A stretch of 64,000 bases of DNA from assembly GCA_965223565.1 (NCBI GenBank), contig CBDCWV010000004.1:333683-397682 (forward strand), in the 5' to 3' direction. Below the pieces are notes generated by a model that was given only the letters and a program-made list of their open reading frames with translations, was not told the DNA's origin and searched no databases. Below are positions 51,685 through 62,466 of the stretch, piece by piece. This stretch comes from Myxococcota bacterium. GTDB taxonomy: Bacteria > Myxococcota_A > UBA9160 > UBA4427. The stretch's first letter is position 1. Each line of letters begins with the position of its first letter. The position numbers and the translations under genes were made by a program.

Positions 51685-53178
51685 TCACAGCAGCAGCTGG
51701 AAGGGATCGGACAGGACGCGCGCGAGTCGTGACGTGAAGCGGACCGCATCGGCTCCATCGATGACGCGATGGTCGTAGGAGAGCGAGAATGGCAGCATCA
51801 GGCGGGGCTCGAAACGGCCGCCCGCGGCCGCCCCTCCCTGCCCCGGTATCTCGACCGCCGGATCGTTCGTCGTGACCGGGGCGACGCCGCTCGGGGTCGG
51901 GCTCCCCGGGTCGAGCGGCGACGGTCCCTGCCAGACGGGTCGCACGACGGTCTTCGACAGACCGAGAATCGCGACCTCCGGCGCGTTCACGATCGGCGAA
52001 AACGCGGTTCCGCCGATCCCACCGAGGCTCGAGATCGTGAAGACGGCGCCCTTCAGATCGGCCGGTGCGAGCTTGCGTGCGCGTGCGCGCTCGGCCAGCT
52101 CTGCGAGCTCGCTGGCCAGCTCGAAGATGCCCTTGCGGTCGACGTCCCTGACGACGGGAACGACGAGCCCCTCCTCCGTATCGACCGCGATGCCGAGATG
52201 GAGATAGTCCTTGATCACGAGTCGGTCGCCCTCGCTCGCGAGCGACGCGCGAAACTTCGGGAACTCGGACAGCACGATCACGACGGCCTTCATCACGAAG
52301 TGAAGCGGGGAGAGCGACAGCCCCCGCTCGCGGGCCGCCTCCCGACGCTCGCGCCGGAACGCTTCGAGCTGCGTCACGTCCGCCTCGTCGTGTTGCGTGA
52401 CGTGCGGGATCTCCGTCCAGCTCCGATGCAGTGCCGGACCAGCCACACGCTGGATCCGGGTGAGTGGCTCCTCGTGCACGGGCCCGAAGGCTGTGAAGTC
52501 CGGCAAGGGCTGGGCGAGCGCCGGACGCGCTCCGACAGACGACCCGGCTTGCGACTCGTTCGCGAATCGCTCTCGCACCTCGCGCTTCAGGTCATCGACG
52601 AGGACCCGACCCTTCGGCCCCGTCCCCTGGGCCAGCTCGATGGGCATGCCGAGCTCGCGCGCATAGCGTCTGACGAGCGGACTCGCGTGAGGCAATCCCG
52701 TACGATCGGGGACGGGACGCGCAGCGGCAGCCGATACCTGTCGGGTCGGCTGTGGCTCGATCTCGCGCGCGGCCTCCGCCTCGGCGCGGCCCGCCGGACC
52801 TGCCGACCCGATCTCCGTCGTCGCAGCGTCCGGCGTCGCAATCTCCTCCGCCCCCTCGGCGACCGCCGCTTCCGTCACCTCGCGCGCGCTCGCTTCCCGC
52901 TCTTGGTCGGCCTCGCTCGCAGCGTCCGAACGCTCTCCCGTCAGCTCGAGCAGCACGAGCACGCTGCCCTCGGACACGCGGTCGCCCTCGGAGACCCGCA
53001 GCTCCGCGACGACCCCGGCGGCCGTCGACGGAATCTCCATCGTCGCCTTGTCGCTCTCGATGCTGACGAGCGGATCGTCGTAGGCGACATTGTCGCCCTT
53101 GGCGACGAGCAGCTCGACGACCTCGACGTCTTCGAAGTCGCCGATATCCGGCACGCGAATTTCGAGCGTCTCGCCCAA
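51685..53178 (-). CDS. aceF: Pyruvate dehydrogenase E2, AceF type
   Basis: VPDIGD...ESDKATMEIP, HASPLVR, IPHVTQHD, FTISSLGGIGGT, LSYDHRVIDG; TTG start just after aceE. Confidence 0.93.
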   Translation of the reverse strand: MGETLEIRVPDIGDFEDVEVVELLVAKGDNVAYDDPLVSIESDKATMEIPSTAAGVVAELRVSEGDRVSEGSVLVLLELTGERSDAASEADQEREASAREVTEAAVAEGAEEIATPDAATTEIGSAGPAGRAEAEAAREIEPQPTRQVSAAAARPVPDRTGLPHASPLVRRYARELGMPIELAQGTGPKGRVLVDDLKREVRERFANESQAGSSVGARPALAQPLPDFTAFGPVHEEPLTRIQRVAGPALHRSWTEIPHVTQHDEADVTQLEAFRRERREAARERGLSLSPLHFVMKAVVIVLSEFPKFRASLASEGDRLVIKDYLHLGIAVDTEEGLVVPVVRDVDRKGIFELASELAELAERARARKLAPADLKGAVFTISSLGGIGGTAFSPIVNAPEVAILGLSKTVVRPVWQGPSPLDPGSPTPSGVAPVTTNDPAVEIPGQGGAAAGGRFEPRLMLPFSLSYDHRVIDGADAVRFTSRLARVLSDPFQLLL

Positions 53179-53195
53179 TCCCCTACCCTCGGCGC

Positions 53196-55952
53196 CTAAC
53201 GGTGGCGCGGCGCCGCGGCTTCCGCGTCGATGCCGTATTTGGCGATCGTGCGCGTCACGTGCTCGCGCTCGACCGCACCCTCTTCCGCGAGTGCCGAGAG
53301 CGCTGCGACGCAGACGTTCGTGCGGTGGACCTCGAAGAACTGCCGCAGCTTCTCGCGCCCGTCGGAGCGTCCCCAGCCGTCGGTCCCGAGCGTCTGGTAG
53401 GCGCGCGGCACGTAGGCGCGGATCTGCTCCGAGTAGAGCCGCATGTAGTCGGTGGCCGCGACGACCGGCCCGCTCGTGCCGGCGAGCTGGCGCTCGACGA
53501 AACTCATGCGCGGCGCGTCGTCGGGATGCAACATGTTCCAGCGATCGACGTCCTGGCCTTCGCGCGCCAGCTCGTTGAAGCTCGTGACGCTCCAGACGTC
53601 GGCCGTCACGCCGTGGTCGTGTTCGAGCATGTCGGCCGCGGCGATGACCTCGCGCAGGATCGTCCCGCTGCCGAGGAGCTGCACGCGCGGGCCGCCCCCG
53701 CGTCCCTCGCGCAAGCGGTACATGCCCTTGAGGATGCCCTTCTCCGCACCCCGCGGCATCTCCGGCTGAACGTACTTCTCGTTCATGACCGTCAGGTAGC
53801 AATAGATGTCCTCGCCGTCGGTATACATGCGACGGAGCCCGTCCTGCACGATCACCGCGAGCTCGTAGGCGTAGGCCGGGTCGTAGGAAACGCAGCTCGG
53901 GACGGTGTTCGCGAGCAGATGGCTATGTCCGTCCTGGTGCTGAAGCCCCTCGCCAGCGAGCGTGGTTCGCCCGGAGGTCCCGCCCAGCAGGAAGCCGCGG
54001 CAACGCTGGTCCCCGGCGGCCCAGGCGAGGTCCCCGATTCGTTGGAACCCGAACATCGAGTAGAAGATGTAGAAGGGGATCATGTGCACGCCATGACTGG
54101 CATGCGAGGTCCCGGCGGCGATGAACGACGCGGTTGCACCCGCCTCGTTGATGCCCTCCTGCAGGATCTGCCCGTCCTTCTCCTCCCGGTAGTAGGCGAC
54201 CTGATCCGAATCGACGGGCTCGTAGAGCTGGCCCACCGAGGAGTAGATGCCCAGTCGCCTGAACATGCCCTCCATACCGAAGGTGCGGGACTCGTCGGGA
54301 ACGATCGGAACGATGTGCTCTCCGATCTCCTTGTCGCGCGTCAGGATCTGCAGGATCCGCACGGCGGCCATCGTCGTCGACATCTCGCGGTCGCCCGTCC
54401 CCTTGAGCAGCGTCTCGAAGATCTCGAGATCGGGCATCGTGAGCGGCGGCGCCTGCGGGTCTCTCGCCGGCAGGTAGCCCCCGAGCGCCTTTCGCCGCTC
54501 GTGCATGTACTGCATTTCCGGACTGTCGGCGGGCGGCATATAGAACGGTGCCTCGCCGATCTCGTCGTCCGAGATCGGGATGTTGAAGCGATCCCGGAAG
54601 GCGCGCAGCGCCGATTCCGCCATGTCGTGCATCTGGTGCGTGACGTTCTGGCCCTCGCCGGCCTCGCCCGTCCCATAGCCCTTCACGGTCTTGGCGAGGA
54701 TGACGGTCGGCTCGCCTCGGTGGGCGACCGCGGCGGCGTAGGCTGCATAGACCTTGTGGGGGTCGTGCCCGCCACGGTTCAGCCGCCAGATATCCTCGTC
54801 GGACATCGTCGCCACCATCTCGGCGAGCTCGGGGTATCTCCCGAAGAAATGCTCCCGGGTGTAGGCACCACCGCGTACCTGATAGGCCTGATAGTCGCCG
54901 TCGACGGCTTCCTCCATCCGCTTGCGCAGGATCCCGTCGCGATCCTTCGCCAGCAGCGGGTCCCAGCGCCCACCCCAGATGACCTTGATCACGTTCCAGC
55001 CGTTGCCGCGGAAGTTGGCCTCGAGCTCCTGGATGATCTTGCCATTGCCGCGCACGGGGCCGTCGAGGCGCTGGAGGTTGCAGTTGACGACGAAGATCAG
55101 ATTGTCGAGGCGCTCACGACCGGCGAGCGAGATCGCGCCGAGACTCTCCGGCTCGTCGGTCTCACCGTCACCGAGGAAGGCCCAGACCTTGCGTCCCCAG
55201 GCGTGGTCCGAGGGCTGGATCAGCCCTCGATCCCGCAGATAACGCATGAAACGCGCCTGATAGATCGCCATCAACGGCCCGAGGCCCATCGACACCGTCG
55301 GGAACTGCCAGAAATCCGGCATCAAACGCGGATGGGGATAGGACGAGAGTCCACCCTCTTCGAGCTCCTGGCGAAAATTGTGCAGCTGGTCTTCGCTGAG
55401 GCGTCCTTCGAGAAAGGCACGGGCGTAGATCCCCGGCGCCGAGTGGCCCTGGATGTAGAGCAGATCGCCGCCGTGCTTGTCGGTCGGCGCGTGGAAGAAA
55501 TGGTTGAAGCCGACGTCGTAGAGCGTGGCCGCCGAGGCGAAGCTCGAGATGTGGCCGCCGAGCGACGGATCGACGCGATTGGCCTGCACGACCATCGCCA
55601 TCGCGTTCCAGCGGATGAACGAACGAATCCGCTCCTCGAGCGCGGAATTACCCGGGCTGACGGCTTGGAGCGCCTCGGAGATCGTGTTGATGTAGGCGGT
55701 CGTCGCGCGATACGGCAGGTGGGCGCCCTTGCGCCGAGCGCGGCGCACGAGCCGACCGATCAGGAAATGCGCGCGTTCGACACCCTCTCGCTCGAAGACC
55801 GCGTCGAGCGCCTCGAGCCACTCGAGCGTCTCCTGGGGATCGCTGTCTTCGTTCGCACGCTCGGCCCACGGTGCTGGCACCGCAACACCCGCAGCCGGCT
55901 CGGCCCGCTCCCGTCGTTCCTCACCGCTCGTCGAATCGTCAGCCCGCGTCAT
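53196..55952 (-). CDS. aceE: Pyruvate dehydrogenase E1, homodimeric type
   Basis: DPQETLEW, GGHISSF, FPTVSMGLG, GDGETDEPES, NCNLQRLDGPV, EGLQHQDG, LGTDGWGRSD; RBS GGAGG. Confidence 0.97.
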   Translation of the reverse strand: MTRADDSTSGEERRERAEPAAGVAVPAPWAERANEDSDPQETLEWLEALDAVFEREGVERAHFLIGRLVRRARRKGAHLPYRATTAYINTISEALQAVSPGNSALEERIRSFIRWNAMAMVVQANRVDPSLGGHISSFASAATLYDVGFNHFFHAPTDKHGGDLLYIQGHSAPGIYARAFLEGRLSEDQLHNFRQELEEGGLSSYPHPRLMPDFWQFPTVSMGLGPLMAIYQARFMRYLRDRGLIQPSDHAWGRKVWAFLGDGETDEPESLGAISLAGRERLDNLIFVVNCNLQRLDGPVRGNGKIIQELEANFRGNGWNVIKVIWGGRWDPLLAKDRDGILRKRMEEAVDGDYQAYQVRGGAYTREHFFGRYPELAEMVATMSDEDIWRLNRGGHDPHKVYAAYAAAVAHRGEPTVILAKTVKGYGTGEAGEGQNVTHQMHDMAESALRAFRDRFNIPISDDEIGEAPFYMPPADSPEMQYMHERRKALGGYLPARDPQAPPLTMPDLEIFETLLKGTGDREMSTTMAAVRILQILTRDKEIGEHIVPIVPDESRTFGMEGMFRRLGIYSSVGQLYEPVDSDQVAYYREEKDGQILQEGINEAGATASFIAAGTSHASHGVHMIPFYIFYSMFGFQRIGDLAWAAGDQRCRGFLLGGTSGRTTLAGEGLQHQDGHSHLLANTVPSCVSYDPAYAYELAVIVQDGLRRMYTDGEDIYCYLTVMNEKYVQPEMPRGAEKGILKGMYRLREGRGGGPRVQLLGSGTILREVIAAADMLEHDHGVTADVWSVTSFNELAREGQDVDRWNMLHPDDAPRMSFVERQLAGTSGPVVAATDYMRLYSEQIRAYVPRAYQTLGTDGWGRSDGREKLRQFFEVHRTNVCVAALSALAEEGAVEREHVTRTIAKYGIDAEAAAPRHR

Positions 55953-56154
55953 GGTGACGCCTCCCTGTAATCCATCACGGACGAACCGGGGCGAGTCGGA
56001 TCGACGTTGGCGGGCGACGCGTCCGCGACCCTGGCCCTCACGGACCGATCGAGCCGAAGAAGACCGCTGGGATCTGCCCGCGGGGCGCGTCGCGATGCAG
56101 GGGGAGCGCGAAATGTCGGCCACAGTGATCCGGATTGCAAGCCGCGCGTGATGC

Positions 56155-56529
56155 TCAGCCCAGGACACCCTCGCGGTCGTCGCTGTCGACCTCCGCGACG
56201 GGGCTGCTCGGGATCGGTGGCGCGGCACGACCGCGGTGGTCGCGCCGCTTCGCCCGCATCGAGCGCACCTCGCGCTCGAATGCGTCGACCGCACGCGTCA
56301 GCGCGATCTCCGGCTCCGCGTCGCGCTCGTGCGCAATCAGCTCCTTGCCTTTCGCCTGACAGCGGATCTTTGCCTCGGCCACCCCGTGTTGATGGTGATT
56401 GCTGCCCTCGACGTGAACGACGACGTGGATCAGATCCTTCTGCCCCTCTCCGAGCTTGCGAATGCGCGACTCGACCGTGTCTCGACGCGTGCCCTCGAGG
56501 TCCCCCTTGACGTGCCATTGGATGTCCAT
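56155..56529 (-). CDS. HPF/RaiA family ribosome-associated protein
   Basis: MDIQWHV...VESRIRKL...HVVV...ALTRAVDAFEREV. Confidence 0.7.
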   Translation of the reverse strand: MDIQWHVKGDLEGTRRDTVESRIRKLGEGQKDLIHVVVHVEGSNHHQHGVAEAKIRCQAKGKELIAHERDAEPEIALTRAVDAFEREVRSMRAKRRDHRGRAAPPIPSSPVAEVDSDDREGVLG

Positions 56530-56601
56530 CTCCGCTTCACTCCTTTCTTCGTCGATCGAGTCGCCTTCCGTCGAGTCGGCATTCGAGCCCGGGGCGCTCG
56601 A

Positions 56602-57750
56602 TCAAGGCGTTGCGACCGGCGCCGACGGCGAGCCGATCGCGATCTCGTACGTGCGGTACGTCTTGTGGATCGTTCCGCCCATCTTCTCGAGCGCGCTGCG
56701 CATGCGATGGTTGTCTTCCAGGATCAGCGACGCTTCGCCCCAGCGATAGCCCTTGGCGCGGCCCACTTCGAAGGTGCGGGCGTAGAGCAGGGCGCCGAGC
56801 GGCCAGGACTGGAACTCGTGGGCGATGCCGAGCATGAAGATGCGGACGCGGTCGATCGCGCGGCGTCTCGACAGCCAATGCCACCAACCGATGGGGAAGA
56901 GCCCGCCCTTCATCTTCTTGACCGCCTGGTTCACGTCGGGGAGCGTCACCGAGATCCCAGCCACCCGATCTCCGACCTCTGCCACGAGACAGAGATCGGG
57001 ATCCAGGATCTGTCGCAGACCCTCGGCGATGAACCGAAACTCTGCTTCGCTCACGCGCACGTGCGCCCAATTCCGCTCCCAGGCGTCGACGTAGATGCGA
57101 TGGACACGCGCCACCTCGTCGTCGAACCGGGCGGGATCGAGCGACCGGATGCGCAGGTTCGGATGTCGCGACAACAGCCGATCGGCCACCCGGCCCATCT
57201 TGGCGAAGCCCGGCATGTCGACGTCGAGTCGGTACGCAAACCAGTCCTTCGCGGGCGACAGTCCGAGCGCCTCGTAGATCTTGGGGTAGTAGGCCGAGTT
57301 GTGCGGATTCGCGACGAAGGGGTCCGTGTCGAAGCCATCGACCAGCAGACCGAACTCGTGGTTCGTGTTGAAATTGAAGGGGCCGAGGGCACGCGTCATG
57401 CCCCGCTCGGCAAGCCAATGGCGGGCCGCGTCGAGCAAGGCGGTCGCGACCTCCGGGTCGTTCACGAACTCGAAGAAGCCGAAGAAGCCCGTGCCCGCTT
57501 CGTCGGACTGGTAGACGTGATCGACGACGGCGGCGATCGTCCCGACGTCGTGATCTCCCTGGCGTGCGACGAAACACTGGACGTCGGCATGATCGAAATA
57601 GGGATTGCGGGCGGGATCGAAGAAGCGCCGCCGCTCGAAGAGAAGCGGCGGGACCCAGTGCGAGTCGTCCTCGTAGATCGGGAACCAGGTCCGGACGAAG
57701 CGATCGGTCTCGCGCGGGAGCGAGATCGCAGCCACTTCGACTGAACCCAT
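56602..57750 (-). CDS. YghO-like N-acetyltransferase (GNAT) family protein
   Basis: WVPPL, NPYFDH, GFFGFFE, GPFNF, GLLVDGF, LPDVN, ILEDN, KTYRTY; RBS GGAGG. Confidence 0.8.
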   Translation of the reverse strand: MGSVEVAAISLPRETDRFVRTWFPIYEDDSHWVPPLLFERRRFFDPARNPYFDHADVQCFVARQGDHDVGTIAAVVDHVYQSDEAGTGFFGFFEFVNDPEVATALLDAARHWLAERGMTRALGPFNFNTNHEFGLLVDGFDTDPFVANPHNSAYYPKIYEALGLSPAKDWFAYRLDVDMPGFAKMGRVADRLLSRHPNLRIRSLDPARFDDEVARVHRIYVDAWERNWAHVRVSEAEFRFIAEGLRQILDPDLCLVAEVGDRVAGISVTLPDVNQAVKKMKGGLFPIGWWHWLSRRRAIDRVRIFMLGIAHEFQSWPLGALLYARTFEVGRAKGYRWGEASLILEDNHRMRSALEKMGGTIHKTYRTYEIAIGSPSAPVATP

Positions 57751-57842
57751 TCGCACCTCCCCACGTCGCCGGAACGCCCGCGTTTCGCGTTCCGACCGGT
57801 ACTGTAGATCAGGGTGGAGCGGGTCGCTGCGCGTGCGCGATC

Positions 57843-58601
57843 TCAGCCGAATCGGCCGGTGATATAATCCTGCGTTCGTTTTTCCGCGGGGTTCGTGAAG
57901 ATCTTCTCCGTCTCGCCTTCTTCGACGAGCTGGCCGAGATGGAAGAAGGCCGTGCGCTGGGAGACGCGCGCTGCCTGCTGCATCGAGTGCGTCACGATCA
58001 CGATCGTGAACTGCTGGCGCAGCTCGTCGATCAGGTCTTCGACGTGTGCCGTCGCGATCGGATCGAGCGCCGAGCAGGGCTCGTCCATCAGAATGACCTC
58101 GGGGCTGACCGCGATCGCGCGCGCGATGCAGAGGCGCTGCTGCTGCCCACCCGAGAGACTCGTGCCCGGCTCGTCGAGCCGATTCTCGACCTCGTCGATC
58201 AATCCCGCCTTGCGCAGGCTCTCGCGTACCAGCTCGTCGAGCTCGGTCTTGCCGCGCGTGATGCCGTGGATGCGGGGCCCATAGGCCACGTTCTCATAGA
58301 TCGATTTCGGGAAGGGGTTCGGCTTCTGGAACACCATGCCGACGCGCGCGCGCAGCTTCACGACGTCGAGATCCGGGTGATAGATATCCTCACCGTCGAG
58401 CGTGACGCGACCTTCGACGCGGCAGGTCGGAACGACGTCGTTCATGCGATTCAAGCAGCGCAGGTAGGTCGACTTGCCGCAGCCCGAGGGACCGATCAAC
58501 GAGGTCACCTGGTTCTCTCGAATCTCGAGGCTGACGTCGTCGATCGCCTGCTTGTCTCCATAGAAGACGTCGAGCGAGCGCGTTTCCATCTTGGCCTTCA
58601 C
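57843..58601 (-). CDS. pstB: Phosphate ABC transporter ATP-binding protein
   Basis: [42 protein letters not shown]. Confidence 0.96.
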   Translation of the reverse strand: MKAKMETRSLDVFYGDKQAIDDVSLEIRENQVTSLIGPSGCGKSTYLRCLNRMNDVVPTCRVEGRVTLDGEDIYHPDLDVVKLRARVGMVFQKPNPFPKSIYENVAYGPRIHGITRGKTELDELVRESLRKAGLIDEVENRLDEPGTSLSGGQQQRLCIARAIAVSPEVILMDEPCSALDPIATAHVEDLIDELRQQFTIVIVTHSMQQAARVSQRTAFFHLGQLVEEGETEKIFTNPAEKRTQDYITGRFG

Positions 58602-58656
58602 GAAGCATCCCTCGAGTGCATTTCTCTGCTCGTTTCGTACCCGTTCACGCCCGGGA

Positions 58657-59985
58657 TCAATACCGCGTCTCGAAGCGGTTGCGCACCCATACCGCCGCCG
58701 CATTCATGACGACCAGGAACACGAGCAGGACCAGGATCGCAGCCGAGGTGCGATCGGCGAAGGCGCGCTCGGGTGCGTCGGCCCAGAGATAGATCTGCAC
58801 GGGCAGCACGGTCGCCGGATCGGAGAAGCCCGTCGGCAGATCGACGATGAAGGCCACCATCCCGATCATCAGGAGCGGCGCGGTCTCGCCGAGCGCCCTC
58901 GCCATGCCGATGATCGTGCCCGTCAAGATGCCCGGCAGGGCCTGGGGCAGGACGTGATGGAAGACCGATTGGGTCGGTGAGGCACCCACGCCGAGCGCCG
59001 CCTCGCGGATCGAGGGCGGGACGGCGGCGAGTGCGGCGCGACCCGCGATGATGATCGTCGGAAGGGTCATCAGCGCCAGCACGAGTCCGCCGACGAGCGG
59101 TGCGGAGCGCGGCATGCCGAAGACGTTCAGGAAGACGGCGAGACCCAGCAGGCCGAATACGATCGAGGGAACGGCCGCCAGGTTGTTGATGTTCACCTCG
59201 ACGAGGTCGGTCAGACGATTGCGCGGCGCGAACTCCTCCAGATAGACCGCAGCCGCCACACCGACTGGAAAGCTCAACACGAGCGTCACGAGGAGCGTCA
59301 GGAGCGAGCCCCGAATCGCGCCCTGCACCCCGGCGAGCTCGGGCTCACGGCTATCACCCGAGCTGAGGAACCGGAGATTCCACGACTGGACGACGCGATC
59401 GGCCTCGACGAGGCGATCGAGCCAGACCATCTGTCGGTCGGAGATATTGCGATCCGCTTCTGCGACCTCGCGCGAGACGTCGCCCGCGAGATAGAGATCC
59501 GCATCGTCCGAGAGCGGTAGGACGAGCGAGCGACTCGACCCGATCGCATCCGGGTGTGAGGCGACGTAGCTCTGGAGATCGTATTCCGCCCCGACGCTCA
59601 GCAGCCTGTAGAGGGCGCGCTTTTCCCGCCGGCCGTCGACCTCCGGAAAGAGCGCCGCGAGCGCCCGCCGAACAGGCGTCCGGTAGTCGCCGGAGGCGAG
59701 GCTCTCCGGGCTCGCGTCGCCCCTGGGATCGACCGCGTCCGGCGACAGCTCGACGTCGAGCCGCAGCGACGATTGCGTCACGACCGAGCCCGCCTGAAAC
59801 GTCACGCTCGCGAGCAGGCCGACCAACGCGATCAAGGCGAAGGCGATCGCCGCCACGCCGAAGCCACGAAAGACCCGCTCCGAGCGATAGCGCTTGCGTA
59901 GTCGTCGCCGGGCCCGCGCGTCGCGATCCGATTCGGTCGCATCTCCGGCAGCAGCAGCAGCGGCGGTCGGGTCCTCGCTACTCAT
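58657..59985 (-). CDS. pstA: Phosphate ABC transporter permease PstA (long form)
   Basis: [43 protein letters not shown]. Confidence 0.94.
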   Translation of the reverse strand: MSSEDPTAAAAAAGDATESDRDARARRRLRKRYRSERVFRGFGVAAIAFALIALVGLLASVTFQAGSVVTQSSLRLDVELSPDAVDPRGDASPESLASGDYRTPVRRALAALFPEVDGRREKRALYRLLSVGAEYDLQSYVASHPDAIGSSRSLVLPLSDDADLYLAGDVSREVAEADRNISDRQMVWLDRLVEADRVVQSWNLRFLSSGDSREPELAGVQGAIRGSLLTLLVTLVLSFPVGVAAAVYLEEFAPRNRLTDLVEVNINNLAAVPSIVFGLLGLAVFLNVFGMPRSAPLVGGLVLALMTLPTIIIAGRAALAAVPPSIREAALGVGASPTQSVFHHVLPQALPGILTGTIIGMARALGETAPLLMIGMVAFIVDLPTGFSDPATVLPVQIYLWADAPERAFADRTSAAILVLLVFLVVMNAAAVWVRNRFETRY

Positions 59986-61372
59986 ATTGCTCCCGGTAGC
60001 GCCGAACGACCGCGAGCGCGACCAGGTTGAGCGCGAGCGTGACGAAGAAGAGCGTCAGACCGAGCGCGAAGGCCGCCAGCGTCTTTGCCGAATCGAACTC
60101 CTGATCACCCATCAAAAGCGTCACGATCTGGACGGTCACGGTCGTGACGGCCTCGAAGGGGTTCGCCGTCAGATTGGCCGCCAATCCGGCGGCCATCACG
60201 ACGATCATCGTCTCACCGATCGCGCGCGAGACCGCGAGCAGAAACGCACCGACGATGCCCGGCAGCGCTGCTGGCAACATCACGCGCCGGATCGTCTCCG
60301 ACTCCGTCGCGCCCATGGCGAGCGAGCCCTCGCGCAACGCGCGCGGGACCGCATTGAGCGCATCGTCCGAGAGCGAAGAGACGAAGGGGATGATCATGAC
60401 GCCCATCGTCAGCCCCGCCGCGAGCGCGCTCTCGAGCGCCACGTCGAAGCCGAGTGCCTCGCCGAGCTGGCGGATCTCGGGCCCGAGCGTGAGCGCCGCG
60501 AAGCTGCCCCACACGACCGTCGGAATCCCCGCGATCACCTCGAGCAGAGGCTTGATCCAGGAGCGCGCCGACTCACTCGCGTAGAAGGCCAGGTGAATCG
60601 CCGCCATCAGGCCGACCGGTCCCGAGATCGCCATCGCGATCGCGGTCACGAGCAGCGTGCCCGCGAAGACGGGCACGGCTCCGAAGGCGCCGGACGAGCC
60701 GACCTGATCGGCTCGCAGCGCCGTCTGCGGACTCCACTCCGTACTGAAGAAGAACTCGGCCGGACTCACCAACTGAAAGAAGCGCAGCGCCTCGAAGACC
60801 AGCGAGACCACGATTCCGAGCGTCGTCAGGACGGCGACGATCGAGCAGGCGAGAAGTGCCCCATGCAGCACGCGCTCGACGACGTTGCGGGCGCGAAAAT
60901 CCGGCCGAATGCGTGCGCGCCCGAGCCAGAGCCCGGTCGCGGCGGTGATGGCGAAGAGCGACGCCAGCGCGAGCCCGAACACGTCCTCGCTTCGATCGAG
61001 CGCCGAGCGAACGAAGGCATGAGGGGGACTCGCCTGCGGCCCGTCGACGGCCGCCATGCCGGAGCGGACATCGCGCAGGATCGCCGAGGCGGTCTGGCCC
61101 GCCTCGAGCAGGCCCGAGCGCTCGAGCTGAGCCACGGCCCAGCCGTCGACCAGGGCGCCGCCGAACAAGGTGCCCAGGAGAAGGAGGATGAGCGGGGGCA
61201 GTGCGGCCCAGATCAACACGAACTGACCGTAGTGCCCCGGCAGCGAGTGACTGAGCGCGGAGCCGGGAGTCGCAGCGACTGCACGACCCTCGAGGGAGAG
61301 CGCACGCCGGCGCCCGAGCGTAAAGCCTACGAGCGCCACGATCGGCACGGCAACCCAAAGGGCCTCGATCAC
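59978..61372 (-). CDS. pstC: Phosphate ABC transporter permease PstC (long form)
   Basis: WSPQTALRADQ, KPLLEVIAGIPTVV, SRAIGETMIV, EFDSAKT; start GTG 61372. Confidence 0.94.
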   Translation of the reverse strand: MIEALWVAVPIVALVGFTLGRRRALSLEGRAVAATPGSALSHSLPGHYGQFVLIWAALPPLILLLLGTLFGGALVDGWAVAQLERSGLLEAGQTASAILRDVRSGMAAVDGPQASPPHAFVRSALDRSEDVFGLALASLFAITAATGLWLGRARIRPDFRARNVVERVLHGALLACSIVAVLTTLGIVVSLVFEALRFFQLVSPAEFFFSTEWSPQTALRADQVGSSGAFGAVPVFAGTLLVTAIAMAISGPVGLMAAIHLAFYASESARSWIKPLLEVIAGIPTVVWGSFAALTLGPEIRQLGEALGFDVALESALAAGLTMGVMIIPFVSSLSDDALNAVPRALREGSLAMGATESETIRRVMLPAALPGIVGAFLLAVSRAIGETMIVVMAAGLAANLTANPFEAVTTVTVQIVTLLMGDQEFDSAKTLAAFALGLTLFFVTLALNLVALAVVRRYREQYE

Positions 61373-61509
61373 GCCTGGTGTCCCTCCCCGAGCGCGGCAA
61401 GCCATGCGACCGCGCAGCCTCTACGCGTCGACCGAACTCGCGCCAACGACCGCGGTCGAGCCGACGCGGGAATTTCGCCCGATTCGCGGCTGACCGCGAC
61501 GCACCTCTG

Positions 61510-61538
61510 GTGAAGGAATCGTGACAATTGCGTGACAG
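61510..61538 (-). promoter_or_regulatory. Pho box upstream of pstCAB
   Basis: Minus strand CTGTCAC-GCAA-TTGTCAC-GATT-CCTTCAC: three 11-bp-period repeats matching the PhoB consensus. Confidence 0.85.
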
Positions 61539-61657
61539 CCGGGCTTCCGATAATTCATGGTCGGTCGCTCGGGCGAAACGCCAGTCAGTCGGTCTCGGAT
61601 CGCGTAGCACGCGCGCTCGGCTGCGACGCTCCCGAGCCGGCGCGTGCATTCCCTCAG

Positions 61658-61702
61658 ATGCCATCTACGCGACACGAATTCGTCACGCCCGAGGGCTACC
61701 CA
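61658..61702 (+). promoter_or_regulatory. Pho box and -10-like element upstream of phoU-phoB-phoR
   Basis: ATGCCAT-CTAC-GCGACAC-GAAT-TCGTCAC, then 10 nt, then TACCCA. Confidence 0.6.
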
Positions 61703-61752
61703 ACCGGTCGATCGAGGCCAGCGAGCCAGCCCGGAACGCGTAAGGAACGCCG

Positions 61753-62466
61753 ATGCAAGCCAGCGAGAACGTCAAGTCGCCCGGAAAGCCCTCGCTCAAG
61801 ACCGGCCGCGAGGTCGACAATCTGAGACATCTCGCCCTGCACATGGGCGGGCTCGCGGAGGACATTCTCGACAAGAGTCTGCGCGCGGCCTGGAACCGGG
61901 ACGACCGACTGGCACGCGAGGTTCCGGACGACGATCTCGAGATCGACCGACTCGACGTCGAGATCGATGCTGCCGTGCTGAACGTGCTGGCCCTGCGCGC
62001 GCCCGTCGCCGTCGACCTGCGCCAGACACTGGCGATCAAGACGATGGCGACCGATCTCGAGCGGATCGGCGACCTCGCGCGCAACATCGCAGGCTGCGCC
62101 GAACGACTCTCCGCGCGAGCGGCCATCTCGCCGCCACAGCTCCTGCATACTCTCGCCGACGATTGCCGGCGCTCGCTCAAACGCTCGCTCGAAGCCTTCG
62201 CCGATCTCGACGTCGAGCTGGCGCGAAACGTCCTCGACGAAGACGACGCGATCGACGAGCTCGAAGGACGCGTGATTCGCGAAGCGATCGCCGAGATTCG
62301 CGGCAACCCGGAGGTCGCCAAGCAGCTGATCGATCTGATCTTCATCGCGAAGAGCCTCGAGCGGGTCGCCGACCACGCGACGAATATCGCCGAGGAAGTG
62401 GTGCTCGCCGCGGAATCCATCAACCTGAAACACGCGGAAAAGCTCTCGGACCGCCGAATCGAATGA
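61753..62466 (+). CDS. phoU: Phosphate signalling protein PhoU
   Basis: PVAVDLR, DLERIGDLARNIA, LERVADHATNIAE. Confidence 0.95.
   Translation: MQASENVKSPGKPSLKTGREVDNLRHLALHMGGLAEDILDKSLRAAWNRDDRLAREVPDDDLEIDRLDVEIDAAVLNVLALRAPVAVDLRQTLAIKTMATDLERIGDLARNIAGCAERLSARAAISPPQLLHTLADDCRRSLKRSLEAFADLDVELARNVLDEDDAIDELEGRVIREAIAEIRGNPEVAKQLIDLIFIAKSLERVADHATNIAEEVVLAAESINLKHAEKLSDRRIE

Noticed and set aside
53202-55970. 922-aa plus-strand ORF opposite aceE (likewise 31031-33559, 36471-38762, 43245-45902)
   Set aside because: Mirror-frame or alternative-frame ORFs expected when stop-forming codons are rare; no recognisable domains
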